In this document: positions 11,945-26,282 of the stretch, piece by piece | Layout of the letters: each line of letters starts with the position of its first letter | Position numbering within the stretch: the first letter of the stretch is position 1 | Position numbers and translations under genes: made by a program | Assembly (NCBI GenBank): GCA_951406725.2 | Contig: OX597820.1 | Location: 89,404,001-89,468,000 of the forward strand | Direction: 5' to 3' | Length of the DNA stretch: 64,000 nt | From: Octopus vulgaris | Lineage: Eukaryota | Notes under the pieces: model-generated | What the model was told of the DNA's origin: nothing | Databases searched by the model: none | The model's input: only the letters and a program-made list of their open reading frames with translations

Positions 11945-13425
11945 GGTTATAGGAACATATTCCTTCTTCCACGAAAAGATAGCTTAAACTGTGCTCTAAA
12001 TGGAGTTTTCTTGAGAAGTTCACCGTCAACTCGTACAATGTTGCTCACTCCACTTTTCAGGACTGCATTAATATATTTATTTTTGCTGCTGTTGTTTAGC
12101 AGCTGCTGCCTGCGTGATATCATACGGCATTCGAAAGCCATCTGCACTGATCTCAGGCCTCTGCCACCTTCATTTCTTCTCAGTTTAACATCACTGTTTC
12201 TGTGGAAGTTCCCAGTTGTTGTCAGAATTTTGCTGGTTTTGATATTTATGGAGTGGATTTCCTCTACAGATCAATCAAGTATCACAAATGTTGGAATCAA
12301 CATTGGTACAGTAAATGCATTGTAGGATATTGTTTTGTTCTAAGAGGAGAGTTCCAACTGCCATATTTTGCTAGGTCTGGAGTAATATTCTCGGATCACT
12401 CTATCTTTATTCACAGTGTCTTCATGTTACATTTTCGTCTATGCCTAGGTACTTGTAATGTTGTTTTTGTGGAATGGGGAAGATAGAGAGATCGTTGATG
12501 CACAGGTTTTGAGTTTGGGGGACTGATTTTCCTCGTTCTTTAACCAAATATGAACATTTCTTTTGGCCAAATAATTCCATGCCTATATCAGCTGAAAATA
12601 TTCCAGTTGATTTTTGGCATTGTTAACGTTTTTAGCATAAATCTTCAGGTCGTCTACAAAGAAATTATGAGTTACATTGATATTTCTGGCAGTTGAAGAT
12701 CCTAGCATGTAACCATTTGTTTTCTGCAGTAGGAACGATAATGGATTCAGTGCTGAAATGAAAAGAATTACAGAAAAACTATCTCCCTCGAATATTCCCT
12801 TTGTAATAACTATATAACTATACAATTGGAAACAATTATTCTATTCTCAGTCGTAAGGGTAAGAATAGTTATCTATGTCTTTGTGAGTCTCTCTATAGCA
12901 GCAGTTAAGGTAGTAAGTATCTTTGCCTGATGTAAGCTCTTCAACAACCATGAATGAGTGATAGAGTTGAATGCTTCCTATAGTCAAGCTATACTGTCAC
13001 AAGATTTCTGCGTTGTTTTCTTCAGACAGCACAGATTATTTATTAAAAGTTGTACATCCCCGCACACCCTTCTTTTCACCAGCCTGTTGATCAGTCACAA
13101 TGTTGTTCGACTCACAATGGCCTGGATCAATTGGCTGAGGCAATTTGAGTACAGTTTGTACATAATGTTTAGGCTAGCAATGGGCCTGTAGTTTCCTGAT
13201 ATATAAGTGATTTCATTTTTGACAACAAGATTTGCCCTTGCTGTAGCAAGCGAATGTGGTATATTAGTCTGTCCTTCTATAGTCCATTTGAACGTACATA
13301 TATAATGGTTTCTATAAAATGTCAGCTTTTGGATATACCAATATCCAACTATTAGGTCCCTTTCAGGTGCCTTCTCATTCTGCAGTTTGCCTACTGCTAT
13401 AGCGAAGGTTTCTGCATCAATAATG
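11945..13425 (-). mobile_element. R4/Dong-like non-LTR retrotransposon RT fragment (decayed)
   Basis: Motifs NEKAPERDLIVGYW, NYRPIASLNIMYKL, GIFEGDSFSVILFISALNPLS, HNFFVDDLKIYA, RRNEGGRGLRSVQ. Confidence 0.8.
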
Positions 13426-13880
13426 GCGCCGTCAACACGGGAGATGAAGGTGTAGAGGACCGTTTAAAAAGTCCGTTTTGAACTACGTCCTCTAGAAATA
13501 TGCCGACGTCTCCAGCCTAAATTAGTAACTGGTTTATTTCTCCAATAATTATTAAGAGAAACACCTTTTACTCGCAATCGTAGCGGTATCCTGAACAGAT
13601 TTTAAAATATACATTTACATCTCGTGGAATCTCGCGAACACGACAATGGCTGAAACTAACACCACCACAGATGAAACTAACAACGTTACCACCGATGAAA
13701 ATAGAACTATTTCACCAGTAAGTTATTTAAGAAGACATAAGTACTCTTCTCATTTAACTTGGACTCAATAACTAAACCAAACTTTATTTCGGTGCTATGA
13801 GAAAGTCCGAGATGACCCTTCAATCGGATACATGAAGCGGTTAAAACAATCCTGGGATGAAGCTCATCCCAACTTAAATA

Positions 13881-15119
13881 GCAGGTCATCCCATAAGTTC
13901 TGTCCGATTTTACATTTTTAAAATTGAATGAAATTTAATAGTATTTTAGAATGTCTAACTGAATTAAAATTATTTTTATGCAATTGTATACATTTAAACT
14001 AATTAAATATTATTTTACAGAATAATAGAATTAAAATGTCTTTGATTAAAACCCTTTCTAACATAGAAGTATCCAAAGAGTAGTTAAGGCACATAATTCT
14101 TTATGAGTGCAAAAAAGGAAACTCTGCAGCCGAAGCATCTCGAAACATACACTCAGTTTATGGGAAAGAATGCTTGAATGAACTTGCAGAAATTCAGAAG
14201 TGGAGATTTCAGCCTTGAAGATGAAGATCGAACAGGACGTCCAGTTGAGTTTAATGATAAGCTCCTCGACACTTTACTTGAAGAAAATCCTGCATTATCA
14301 GTTGAAGAATTGGTTCAAACCATACAACAATATCTAAAACAAAGGCTTCCTAAAGTTGGAAAATAGGTGCCTTATGAATTGTTCGAAAGCAACCGCAAAT
14401 CCCGAGCTGACATCAGTTCTTCTCTCCATTCTCGCTAACTCATTTCACCATTTTTGGATAGTCTTGTGACTGGTGACGAAAAATGGATCTTCTATCGAAA
14501 TGTTAAACGTCGTAAATAGTGGCTTGGTAAAAGGGAAAACGGTCAACCACAACCGAGAGGGGAACTTCATGGGAAAAAGGTTCTATTCTATCTGGTGGGA
14601 TTGCAAAGGAGTAATTCACTTTGAATTTTTACCACCCAATGCAACAATCAATGCTCGAGTCTACTGGCAGCAATTAGGGCGTTTGAACCAAGCTTTGAAG
14701 AAAAAAAGACCCGCTTTAGTGAATCGAAAAGGAGTGATGTTTCATCAGGACAATACGCGACCCACACTGCAAAGATCATGTCACAGAAGATCGAAGAGCT
14801 TGGTTGGGAAAAAATTCCTCATCCAACTTATTCTCCAGACCTTGCTCCTTCAGACTACCATTTGTTTCGTAGTTTACAGAGCCATTTGGGGGATAGAACT
14901 TTCGTAAGCCAGGAGGAGATCGAAACTGATATTTCAGAGTTCTTCGTTTTGAAACCAAAAGAGTTTTACACTGATAGGATTAAAAAGCTTGTAAATAGAT
15001 GGAAGGAAGTCATAGATAATCAGGGGAAGTACATTTATAATTAAATTTCAATTATATATAACATTTGATCACTTGTTTTCTTTATTCAAAATTCGGACAG
15101 AACTTAGGGGATGACCTGA
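13881..15119 (+). mobile_element. Full-length (1239 bp) mariner transposon, transposase inactivated
   Basis: TIRs (G/T)CAGGTCATCCC(A/C)TAAGTTCTGTCCGA at both ends; TA TSD at 13879-80 and 15120-21; motifs FRSGDFSLEDEDRTGRP, VTGDEKWI, HQDN, YSPDLAPSDYHLF with stops and frameshifts. Confidence 0.95.
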
Positions 15120-15329
15120 TACTTTCACGGCAAAACAGCTCCGTGTATGTATGTATGTATGTATGTATGTATGTATGTATGTATGTATGTATGTATGTAT
15201 GTATGTATGTATGTATTCTTTATACATAATTATATATACGTGTGTATGTGTACGTGCATGTGTGTGTGTATGTTGAACCTACTCAAGTTAATGTATGAAA
15301 AGCAAAGTAGGAATCTTGAAAGAAGTATT

Positions 15330-15690
15330 TTGTCCTTGTTTCCGTCATTAGACTACGGCCATGCTAGAGCACCGGATTGAAGAATGTTTTTGTTGTTGTA
15401 CGAATCGACCCCAGTACTTACTTTTTTAAAGCCTGGTATCAGTCTCTTTCGCCGACACCATCACCAGTTGTTAAGTGTTGGTGGGGGGGGGGACAAGCAC
15501 AGACACAAAGATACACGCGCGCGCGCGCGCGACGAGCTTCTTTTAGTTTTGGCCCATCAAATCCACTCACATGGCTTTGGTGAGTCCGAGGTATAGGTGA
15601 AGACACATGGTCAGTGTGGCACGCAGTGGAACATAACAGGAACCATGTGGTGGGGAAACAAGCTTCTAACCATACAATTACGCCAGCGCC
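15330..15690 (-). mobile_element. Diverged SINE family A copy
   Basis: ggccatgctagagcacc, aatccactcacatggctttgg, aaccatgtggt motifs, colinear with 201-655. Confidence 0.7.
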
Positions 15691-16724
15691 TATATATAAA
15701 GTTAGTTTTTAAAAATCGGATGACTTTGGTTCGAGGGGTCCACGAGAATAAAATAGTAATCGAAGAGAGCCATAAATATAAAAAATGGATGAGAACCACT
15801 GTTTCACATGATTGCCAACATTGCTAGAAACAGCTGTAAAATCTTTTCCAAACCTCTGTCAACTGACGGGTACTTACGGTTGGAGGATCTTTGATGATAG
15901 GTTTAGTAAATCGGTGCTGATCTGGGTTTAAGCAATAATTGATTCTAGCATAGGCTCCGTCAACGTTTCTGGCAGGTTGCCCGGATCAAGAGCTGTCTTA
16001 CTTTCCAAGCGTTTCAGTCTTCCATGATATTTTTGAGGTTTTCTATTTTCAGCTCGACATCATGGAAACATTTATCAATTAGTATCATTTCAGGTCACCC
16101 GACTTAAGAATTCGTATGACTCGGGAGCCACAAAAAAGAAATCACTAATTCATCTTTTCTTCGATGGCTGTGATCAGCAAATCTCATCCTACCACTCTCG
16201 AATGATTAATGATATGTTGGGAATATTTCCAGAAACCCCATCTTTCGTTGAATGTTGTTTCCATTTATTGAGAACAGCACGTAACATATATGTATATGTC
16301 CCCTCTTCTCCCATCTTTATCATTTTTGTATCATAATCATTTGTCTCATCAATGTCTATGTCCAGCCCTCAAAGCTACGTTATCTATGTGCTGCCTATAG
16401 GGAAAATTTAATGAATAAAAATATATGTGTAGGTCCCAACAAGTTTGCTTATCTTTTCTTGTCAGAGTCAGCGCAGATGAAACTTAAAGAAAGCAATGAG
16501 CTTGAGATTTGGATGAAGATGTTAGTCGATACCACTGACACCAATTCTAGACTGCTAATTTTATTTTTTCGACTCTGAAGGATTTAAAGATAATGCTGAA
16601 CTTGGTGGGATTTGAACAAGGGACGTACCGAGTGAGAAGAAATACCACTAAGCAATTTTGTTCCCAGTGTCCCCTGGCGGTTCTGTGATTCTGCGATTCT
16701 GTTAATCCACCGTCCCGCGGTTAA

Positions 16725-16731
16725 ACAACAA

Positions 16732-16799
<68 letters not shown>

Positions 16800-16933
16800 C
16801 CACCACCACCACCATCATCATCCTCCTCCTCCTCCTCCTCCTCCTCATCATCATCATCATCATCAACACCATCAACAGCAGCAGCAGCAGCAACAACTAC
16901 AACAACAAGAGTGATGACGACGACAACGACGAC
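16725..16933. repeat. Compound trinucleotide microsatellite (CAT/CAC/CCT/CAG/CAA)
   Basis: Directly visible. Confidence 0.95.
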
Positions 16934-19238
16934 TCTATGTCACACATAACGGAATAAGACTTTCCATATAGCATTAAGTTTCCATAGTATCTTCTTAATC
17001 TGAATTATTTCGGTTGTAATTGATTTCTTAGCTTTATCTACGTTAACCTTTCGCCCTTCACTTTATGTTATTTCAGCAGCAGCACGCAACTTCGGCTGCA
17101 AATAACTATTCTGAATTGAACACACTCGTCAGAGAAATAGGCAACCAATTGGCAAGAGAACAGGGGAATCGTTAGAAAGCTGAACGAAAGGTCTTGTGGT
17201 TGTTGATCCCAATCTTTTGATTTGTGAGTTCAAGTCCCATCGCGATTAACTATGCCTTTCACCTCTCTGTCGGTTAACGAACGTATCAGGGTAAATTTTC
17301 TGTTGTTTCCCTTCCTCCCAAAAGTGGTCCTTACCTTTAACCCGCAAAGATCAACTAAGGCTTTTATCTACCCAGGGGTAATAAAAAATAAGTACAACTG
17401 AAGTCTGTATAATAGGCTAACACCTACCCCCGAATTTCAGATACTATATTTCTGTAAGAAACACTTAATATATCAGATCTTAAGGAGGCGAGCTGGCAAA
17501 ATCGTTACTACGCCAAAGTATGCTAAGTAACATTTCTTCCAACATTTTACGTTCTGAGTTCAAATTCTGCCGCATTATGAAAGGGTTATAGGTGAGAACC
17601 ATTCATACTATACCCTGTAGATCCCAGGATATGACCAGTCCTTTTAATATAAAATAGCATTAGATAGTAGATCTCTAATTTCAGATACCACTAAGTCTCT
17701 GGTCAAATACGTTTATTTCTTGATCAAGATTTGAACTTTCTCTGCCTTAATATGTTAGAAAAATCTCGAACACCGTATCTAAATTGTAGTGGTTGATATG
17801 AGGTGACTGGAAGGGCAAAGGCTCGGCAGTGTACTCTGTAACACACCACCTCTTTCTCTAGGCAAGCGATATTCATTATTCAAGAGCCATCACAAGGTCG
17901 GTTTCAGGATTTTGCCTGAAGCCGTTACATATAATAGTTACTTACATTTTGGACGTTAAATGCTTTGGTTTGATAACATCACTTATGTTAATGATGAAGT
18001 TCTTGTAGAGAATGTTTGTTATTACTGTAACAATGACTTTTTATAAACTATTTTTGCTTGTTTGGTCGTAAAACATAAATACAGTGAATTTATTGTTTGA
18101 CCAGGATTTGAACTTTCACTGTCTTATCATGTTAGAGAGATAAAAAGAACAAATCGATAAAATCTGATGAAAATTTCCATTTTATTTTTCTGGAGATATT
18201 GTCTCACATAAATGAACATCCTTAGAGATTACCTGTAGTATGGTAATTGAGATTCTACTAACCGGCTATAAAATAGCTATCCCTTTCTCTTTAAACTTCA
18301 AGTAGCTTCAGTCTTTCCTAATGAACTAGAGTTTAAAACCTAAAAGCTGGCTATCTGATAAATATTGATTCCTTGCATCGCTACAAGGCCACAAATTAAA
18401 GGGGAGGAGACAGTCGATTAAATCGATTCCAATATCGTGGCAGTGCCTTCACATAGTTATAGTTGGATGGCTGATACCAGCAAAGGATTATATTATTGTT
18501 AGTGCTTATCATATAGAGTCTAGGGGCGGGCAAGAATGATAAAAATGAAGTCAATCTCGATGAGTTTTGAGCACTGAGTTTCAAGGGAAATAAATATATA
18601 CCGCAGGGTCATTAGTTACGTCCCTTAGCTGTACCGTGATCACGCTCCACTGATCAATTATTCATAACCGACCATTAAATAATGGTGTTCGAGCAAGATG
18701 TCAGTTTTAGATATGGGTATTTACAATGGCATCCAGAATTTTCCACTAAATCGCGGTCAAATGCAGGTAATTGTCTTGAGAGAGAGTTAGGTTTTCAATT
18801 CTTGCGTGAAAATGCTATTTAATTGGTCCCAGAGTCTCTGTTTATGAAATCAATCTGCGTTCCACAAAATCTAGGGAGACCGGCCTATGAACGTGTGGCC
18901 CGGAACGGAGCTTTAATCCTTTTTGAAACACACATACACACGCAAACATGGAATCCTTAAACTCCAAAGTGTCAATACCTCAAATGTGAAATCAAGCCCC
19001 CAGAGACAGCTGTTGAACTCGTAAAACTCTTATTCAACCCATTTAATTCCTGATATCATTTCTATTCTGTGTAAGTCGGACTTTTTTTTATATGCTTACA
19101 TAATTTGTATTAAATGTATTTAATATTTTTTGTATATCAACTTGCCTAACTTGCTTGTCCTTACATTTACTCCTCTCTCTGCTCAAATTCAAATCTCTTG
19201 AGGACTACGAAGTGTATTCTATTCAGAGAATACCTATC

Positions 19239-19294
<56 letters not shown>

Positions 19295-19296
<2 letters not shown>

Positions 19297-21270
19297 GAGT
19301 TAGTGGACAAACGAAAGACGGACACTCAACACATTTATTATGAGTTACATGTATGAATCAAAATAGTTTGATTCAAATTTGTTGGTACTCCGAGTTTCAA
19401 GCGCGAATACGAATGAAAGAAATTGATTATTGTTACCATAAGTTGGGCTGCGATTGGTCAAGGAAGGTTAAGTAGTGTCGTAGTTTGATGTTGGTGTATC
19501 AGTATACCAGCGACAACAGTTAGCTGGAAAATACCGCATGGTGGACAGGAAATCAGTTGAGTTGTTAGAGAGAGAGTAAGAAGGGACGGTATGTACAAGT
19601 ATATAGGTGTATGTGTGGGTTTGCGTATGAGCTCATGGTTTTGCGTGCATGTCTGTAATGATGCAAGCGTGCGCATCTGTACATGGACGCGCACGTGCAC
19701 GGCCCCCTATTTAAACGGTCAATAGAGAGATCTTCAACAGGGCCTCCCCCAACTGCAACAATGCTTTGGCTAAGAGCGGATTTACTGAGAAGCTCACGTA
19801 TGTGGACAACCCCCAAACACCTTCTTCTCATCCCACAATGATTAGGAAAAGGAAAAATTATATGATATAACCCCCTTTCAACCTAGAAGTTTCCATCAAC
19901 GTAGCTAGCAGTTTCCTGTCGTTAATTAAGAAACACAAAGGCCACAAGTATCACCAACTCTTCTACCTTCATAATGTCAATGTGAGCTACACCTGCTTAG
20001 ACAACGTCGCATCTAACATCGCACGCATTAACAGACTCCAACTTGCAGCTTCCAGAACCCCACCATGTGCCTTCTAGAAATATCCTGCCTCTCAAGGGCC
20101 GTAGTATACAGGGCCACCCTTACACCATCTGATGGCATTACAAGGCACTATAGGGTGTAACCGCTAATGACTTCAAGGGAAGTTACTCTCAGTACATGCA
20201 TCCGTTTAGATCCAGGGACAGAGAGAATTCTACTTCCTCATCTCGTTTTTTGTGGAGAGTCCGTGACCTTCGAGAAGAAATACCCAGCATCAAGTGGACT
20301 ATCGTCGACAGAGCACCATCATATTCACCCGGCGCCTCCAACTGCCAGCTATATATCCACGAAAAACTGCATATCCTCCAACAATCTGCAGTATCCGTCA
20401 AACAAGTAATACGATTTATCTTACTGCTGTCACCAGAGATATGCCCTTCAGGCAAATTTCAAGCTTCTGACTACCGACAACTCGGGTAAACTACCTTAGT
20501 ACCAGCCGCTACTTTGCACCGCCTGCGCCAAGGTCATCATCACCGACCAACCTCATGAGTAGGACCGACAATTACCAGTCCCCAAACGCTTACCAATCTC
20601 CAAAGCTTACCGATTCCCAATGCTTACCATTTCTCAACGCTTGTTATGTACATGTATACTCATGGATGCGCGATCGCGATTACGCATGTGCACGCACGCA
20701 CTAATATGCATGCGTACATGCATGCATATATACATATGTATATATAAATGTATACGCTGTATGTGCGTCTATGCGTACATATGCATGCATGTGTGTGTGT
20801 GTGCACGTGTATGTGTTTCTGTGTGTGTGTACGTGTGTAAGTGTGCGCGCGCATGTCCATTCATATGCGTGTGCAGGGGGGGGGGGGGCGTGCGCGTGTG
20901 CGCTCCTGTACAAATGCGCACGCTCGCATCAATACAAACATGCACGCAAAACCATATGAACGCATCTACACGCCCACGTATACAACTATATACTTGCACA
21001 TACCGCCCCTTTCTATTCCCCTCCAAACAATCAGACCGATTTCCTGTCCACCACGTGGTCGATTCCTGTCCATTACGCGATCGATTTTCTGTTCACTATG
21101 TGTTATTTTTCACCTATCTGTTGTCGCTGGTATACCGATATAAAAACATCAAGCCACGATCCCACGTGATTTTCCTCGACCAATCGCAGCCCAACTTACG
21201 ATATTAACAATCAACTTGTTTCATTCAAATTCAAAATGGCTTAAGACTAGCATCACGTTTAAAACTAGTG
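19295..21270 (+). mobile_element. Decayed Penelope-like element (probably Naiad-type): RT thumb plus GIY-YIG, flanked by about 300-bp inverted pLTRs
   Basis: 19845-20490 reads RKRKII*YNP.., HKYHQLFYLHNVNVSYTC, VVYRATL, NSTSSSRFLW, IKWTIVDRAPSYSPGASNCQL..EK. About 19400-19707 is the inverted copy of about 20885-21240. Confidence 0.8.
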
Positions 21271-21411
21271 TTTTGATCCATACACACACACTCACACATA
21301 TAGAAAACGTTTATATATTTATGATGGAGATTCATATATATATTCCTAATAGTCACATACAAGCATTTGCAAACACACACATACACAAAAACACACACAC
21401 ATACACACACA

Positions 21412-21448
<37 letters not shown>

Positions 21449-23013
21449 ACATATCCAGACATTTATAAGGATCTTCATCTTAGCAGAAAAGGGAGAAAAA
21501 GCAAGAATAATGATGGAAGTAATATTAACGTTTACAGAGGAAGAGGTGTTTTGGCTCAAAGGAATCTGTGTTTTAGTCCTGCGAACAGGATAGTCAACCC
21601 ACAAGTCTAAGATGAACCTATGATACAGTTCACCTATGACGGTGAACCTATGATACAGCTGTGTTAGCCTTGACACGCCGCGTTGTTTGTAAATGACACG
21701 TCCAAACTTAGAAAAATAGGCCTCCCAGAAATGTCATTTTATAAAAAGCTAACGTATAAGCATTTTGCAAGTATTAGAACACATGTGACAGTCCACTAAC
21801 CGGATTATCAGAAAAAATACGTATTAGACACTTCCAGCTAAAGAGTTTGCTATTAAAATAGATAAAGCTGTCTAAAGAAAAAATACAAACGAGAGCTAAA
21901 CTTTCTGCAACTTTGTCGCAAAGTTTTATTACATTTTGATATAATCCCTACATACATGCATACATACATACATACATACATACATACATACATACATACA
22001 TACATACATAGATACATACATAGATACATACATAGATACATATATATATATATATACGCACACAAATATGAGAGAGAATCCACTATGTGGACGCCCTTAC
22101 GCTAAAGAGAGATCCCCATGGGTCTCAACCACTAAGAATTGTTCTCAAGAAAAATTTAGCACACTATGAACGTAAGCGAGCAGGACAAATGAAAAATAAC
22201 AAAAATATAGATTAACCCCATGCAATTGTTTCACTGTTAATAAATTATGCAATTTTACTTACACAGTTAATCTGCAGTTCGTCAGTAAGGTCCGCCAGAT
22301 ATTAACGCGAGGTAAAAAATACGAGTAGTTCGGCCTATTATATTCACGGTTATATTCAAATGCCTTCGCTCTAGCGCGCCAAATTCCCGGAAATAATATA
22401 TATATATATATATAATACATATATAATGGAAGTAATATATAAGTACGTGGAGAAACACACACACACATATATAGATATATGTATGTGTTACAAGTGCTGA
22501 CTACTATTTCTAGCGTTGCAGGTCACTAGTTCTACGAAAAATAAGGCGACGATTTTGTCGCGATTTTCGATTAACAAAATTTTATAGTTTTCGTACACAA
22601 AACAAATGTAACAACGAACGCCAAAACGTCGTGAGAATTTTGAATCTTACAGTTCTTGGTGTAGCTGTAACAGCAGATAAACTTGGTTTGTTGCTTGGTG
22701 TGCCACATGACTTCTAGTGTCTTTCATACTCGGACTGTTTATTGCTTTTGTGTTGTCAGCTGTTGTCCACTACCTCCTACAGTGTTCATCAATACTGTCT
22801 CTGCTGCATCCCCAAAGTTCTCTGTTCAGTAGTTACCGTGTGTCGGATTTATACTGGTTGATAGGCTCAGAAGAAAACGCACTAAAAGACGAAATCGTTG
22901 CTGGAGCAAGATTGTGATTGTGATTAGTCAGATTTTGTTGATTACGTGGGAAATATTCTAGCGGTTTCTGACATTGGGTGATACCTGAATATTCCAGCTA
23001 CCTATGTGTATGT

Positions 23014-23058
<45 letters not shown>

Positions 23059-23067
23059 ATTGCTTAT

Positions 23068-23390
23068 AAAGGGTAAGGGTAAAGACCCATTTCGGTCATG
23101 AATGACCATGAGATTGCATCTACAAGGTTACCCTCCGAGGCCCAAATCTGGGCCAGGTTGTTTATGGAAGACCAGCTAAGGCCCATGCATACCAGCCTCA
23201 CCTGTCCACGCCCCCGATATTGTCCAAAGGAAAGACAAAGGCCATATACCTTGGCACTAGAGACGTCGCAACTCATTTCTACAGGTGAGTGAACTGGAAC
23301 AACGTGAAATAAAGTGTCTTGCCCAAGAACACAACACACAAACCGGTCTGGGAATGGAACTCACTACCTCATAACTGTGTGCTCGACAGA
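23068..23390 (-). mobile_element. tRNA/CORE-like SINE family D
   Basis: Minus strand: gtgagttccattcc (B-box-like), gtgttgtgttcttgggcaagacactttatttcacg (CORE-like), (TTACCC) tail. Confidence 0.65.
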
Positions 23391-23805
23391 ACCATAAACC
23401 TGGGTTATAATCTAAACTATGTCCCCGTGAAGCAAATCTGCACATTCCAGTAACCCAAAATAAGTATGCAGATGTTTTATTTTAAATGGTTATGTCATAC
23501 ATACTTGTTGAAATTCCTTCAGAATAAGGTTTGAAATTTTTGCACAAAACCCGGAAGCTTGGTGGCAGGGTAAAGTTGATTATATCGACCCCAGTACAAG
23601 ACAGGCATTAATTCCATCGACCCCAAAAAAGATGGAACTCACTGGGTAATGACGACGAAATGCCGCTAAGCATTTTGTCCGGCGCAGTAACGATTCTGCC
23701 AGGTTACCGTATATATTAAAGTAAACACTGGAAAGTTTGGTACTATTTTTGAATCTGTGTCTGAAGTATTACGGAGAGAAGATCCTATACATATTTCATA
23801 CATGT

Positions 23806-24020
23806 ATGAGAGAGTGCTGAAAAGTTCCCGGATTTAAGGGTGTCGTGAAAGGCCTGGTTGGAGGCCCAAACTTTCGAGTTCTTTTACAGGGCTTAAAACA
23901 ATTGGAGGACTGCTGCATTGTGTGTGAATCTGAGAGGGGGAATATATTGAATAAAATCATAATTAACCGATCCTCCTATGTTTTCTTTAATATAAAACCA
24001 GGAGCATTTCAGCACCCCAT
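23806..24020 (+). mobile_element. Mariner-derived MITE
   Basis: TIR gtgctgaaaagttcccgg / ccaggagcatttcagcac; internal remnant of the transposase C-terminus (LQGLKQLEDC.. EYIE*). Confidence 0.7.
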
Positions 24021-24257
24021 CCGATTGTGAAGTTCTTATATTTATAATATTACAATTAATTATTAATATTTATATTCATAAAGTATTTCATTCACTATAA
24101 TGAAACGCGTGTAACATAGAACTACCTAACTTACCAGTATGTATATACATATAAACATATACATATATGGACAGAAACATACATACATACATGCGTACAT
24201 ATATAAACACACACATATATATATATATGTATATGTGTATATATATGTATATTTATC

Positions 24258-24289
<32 letters not shown>

Positions 24290-24327
24290 TGTATGTATGT
24301 ATGTATGTATGTATGTATGTATGTATG

Positions 24328-24374
<47 letters not shown>

Positions 24375-26282
24375 GTAATTACACTTTACTAATTGTCAAT
24401 GCTAGTTAACTTACCGAATTACAGGAACAATATATTACGATGGAATTGGGTTGGATTAATTGAAACTCAGCATTAAATTGTTACATTTAAACATTTTTAG
24501 AAACAACTTGAAATAGTAAATTTTAGAAAAAAGAAAACAAAACTTCGCAACCCCCTCCCCCCCAAAAAAATAAAAATAAAAATAAAATAATATAAACAAC
24601 TTTTACAATAAATTCTGAATGTTAGCGTCTTGGTTAAACTAAATCATGTCCGAAATAATTGATGCAGGAATAAATGAACAAAGATAAATATCTACATATA
24701 AATAGAATCGAAATTTGTTAGAGGTGTGATTAGTAATTATTTTGCAACTGAATCTACTAAATTGTTGTTACCAGAACTGGTTGGCTCCAACGTCTATGTA
24801 AAATCCCAGCAAATCTCTTATCAGGGATGATCCAGTGACCTTACATAGACCAAAGAACAAATCAACCGATGAAATCCTGTTCAATCGTATTTCAACAGAA
24901 ATAACATGAACAATAAAATCTAATTTACACGTAGTGATAACGTATATCTATAAACCGAATTCTACAACTTTCCAGACAGTTTGCCAATGCTCTTAATTAG
25001 ATTTTGATGTTGCTGATGCCAAGAATCAATGGCAAGTGTCAAAGTAGCTTCTGTTTTTGTTCTAGAATGATCTATTGTCGAATAAACAGGTTCTTAAGGA
25101 AATTCTGAAAGCAAACTTAGTTATAGAGGACAAATTTCAAAAGTTAAAGGTTGCCGATGACGGCAAAATAGACGAAAAGTTCCGATGACTGTCACTTTCT
25201 TATCCATCGAATAGTGTGATAAATGTGCTCATTGATCATCATTATTATCTAATCATAGAAAATGTTGTAAGCGATCGGTCTAAATAGACGAAATGGAAGC
25301 ACCAATGGAAAATATTTTGTAGTTCTTAGTTAAACACTGCTGGGTGATTTGAAAGAAGACTCTACTTTATACTCTATGGAAATATAATTGTCTGTTGCAC
25401 ACTGAGGAAAATGCAGTATTATCTTATTGCTGGCTGTTAAAGGAATCCTAAGTAGAAAACTCTTTCTTAATATTGATTAATATTGATTTCTTTTGATTAG
25501 ATATTAAGTTAATAGTTTTTAAGTAAAGGACACCTATATGGTTTTATTCTCTAGTATGTTACTGGTACATATTTTATCAGCAATGAAAGTTGGATTTGAC
25601 CCTAGGACGTTATGAGACCTTAAGTCATAAAGTCCAACAGTATGAAATTTTTGCCAATACTTTGTTATCTTTTACTTAAGTAAAAAGTATTTAACGGATG
25701 CAGAAGAGAGAGCGAGCGATAGATAGATAGATAAATAGAGATAGATAGAGATAGATAGAGATAGAAAGAGGGAGAGAGAGACAGAGTTGACTGACTGAAT
25801 TATGGCTTAAAAAATTGAACCAGTCTGACGATGAATGTTGTATTTTGTCTTTGTTGCTTAATGTCAAGTGACCTGCTGCACCTAGCTGTAAATAGATACT
25901 ATTTATCATAGTAAGCAACAGAAGCACCATAAATTTGACAAACTTATATATAACACAAGCATTTTTGTTCGAACGCATCGGTTAATCGGTTTTCTAACTA
26001 ATGTGAATAGCACACATTCACACCAACAATACTCCTAGACTTACGACCAGGCTCCTTTCCACACAACCGGTCCTAACTCAATAGGGACGTAACTTGAAGA
26101 TGCGTATTCAATGTTTTCTTCTTTGATGGCGAGTGGAGTTATTTTTTAGGTATTATGTACAAGGCTGAAATTTTAGTAGTGAGGGTTACTCGATTAAATC
26201 GACCAACACATTTTTTTCCTCTAGTTTCAGCTCAGAACTGTGGCCATGCTGATGCACCACCGTTAAAAAAAAATATGCTAAC

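Noticed and set aside
19855-19875. In-frame TGA in the Naiad-like ORF as selenocysteine
   Set aside because: It falls at a conserved Trp position (IIWYNP) in a copy with many other lesions, so it is ordinary decay.
22651-22990. Possible minus-strand exon (GITQCQKPLEYFPRNQ..)
   Set aside because: Weak acceptor, several stops, no recognisable homology; may be a transposon remnant.
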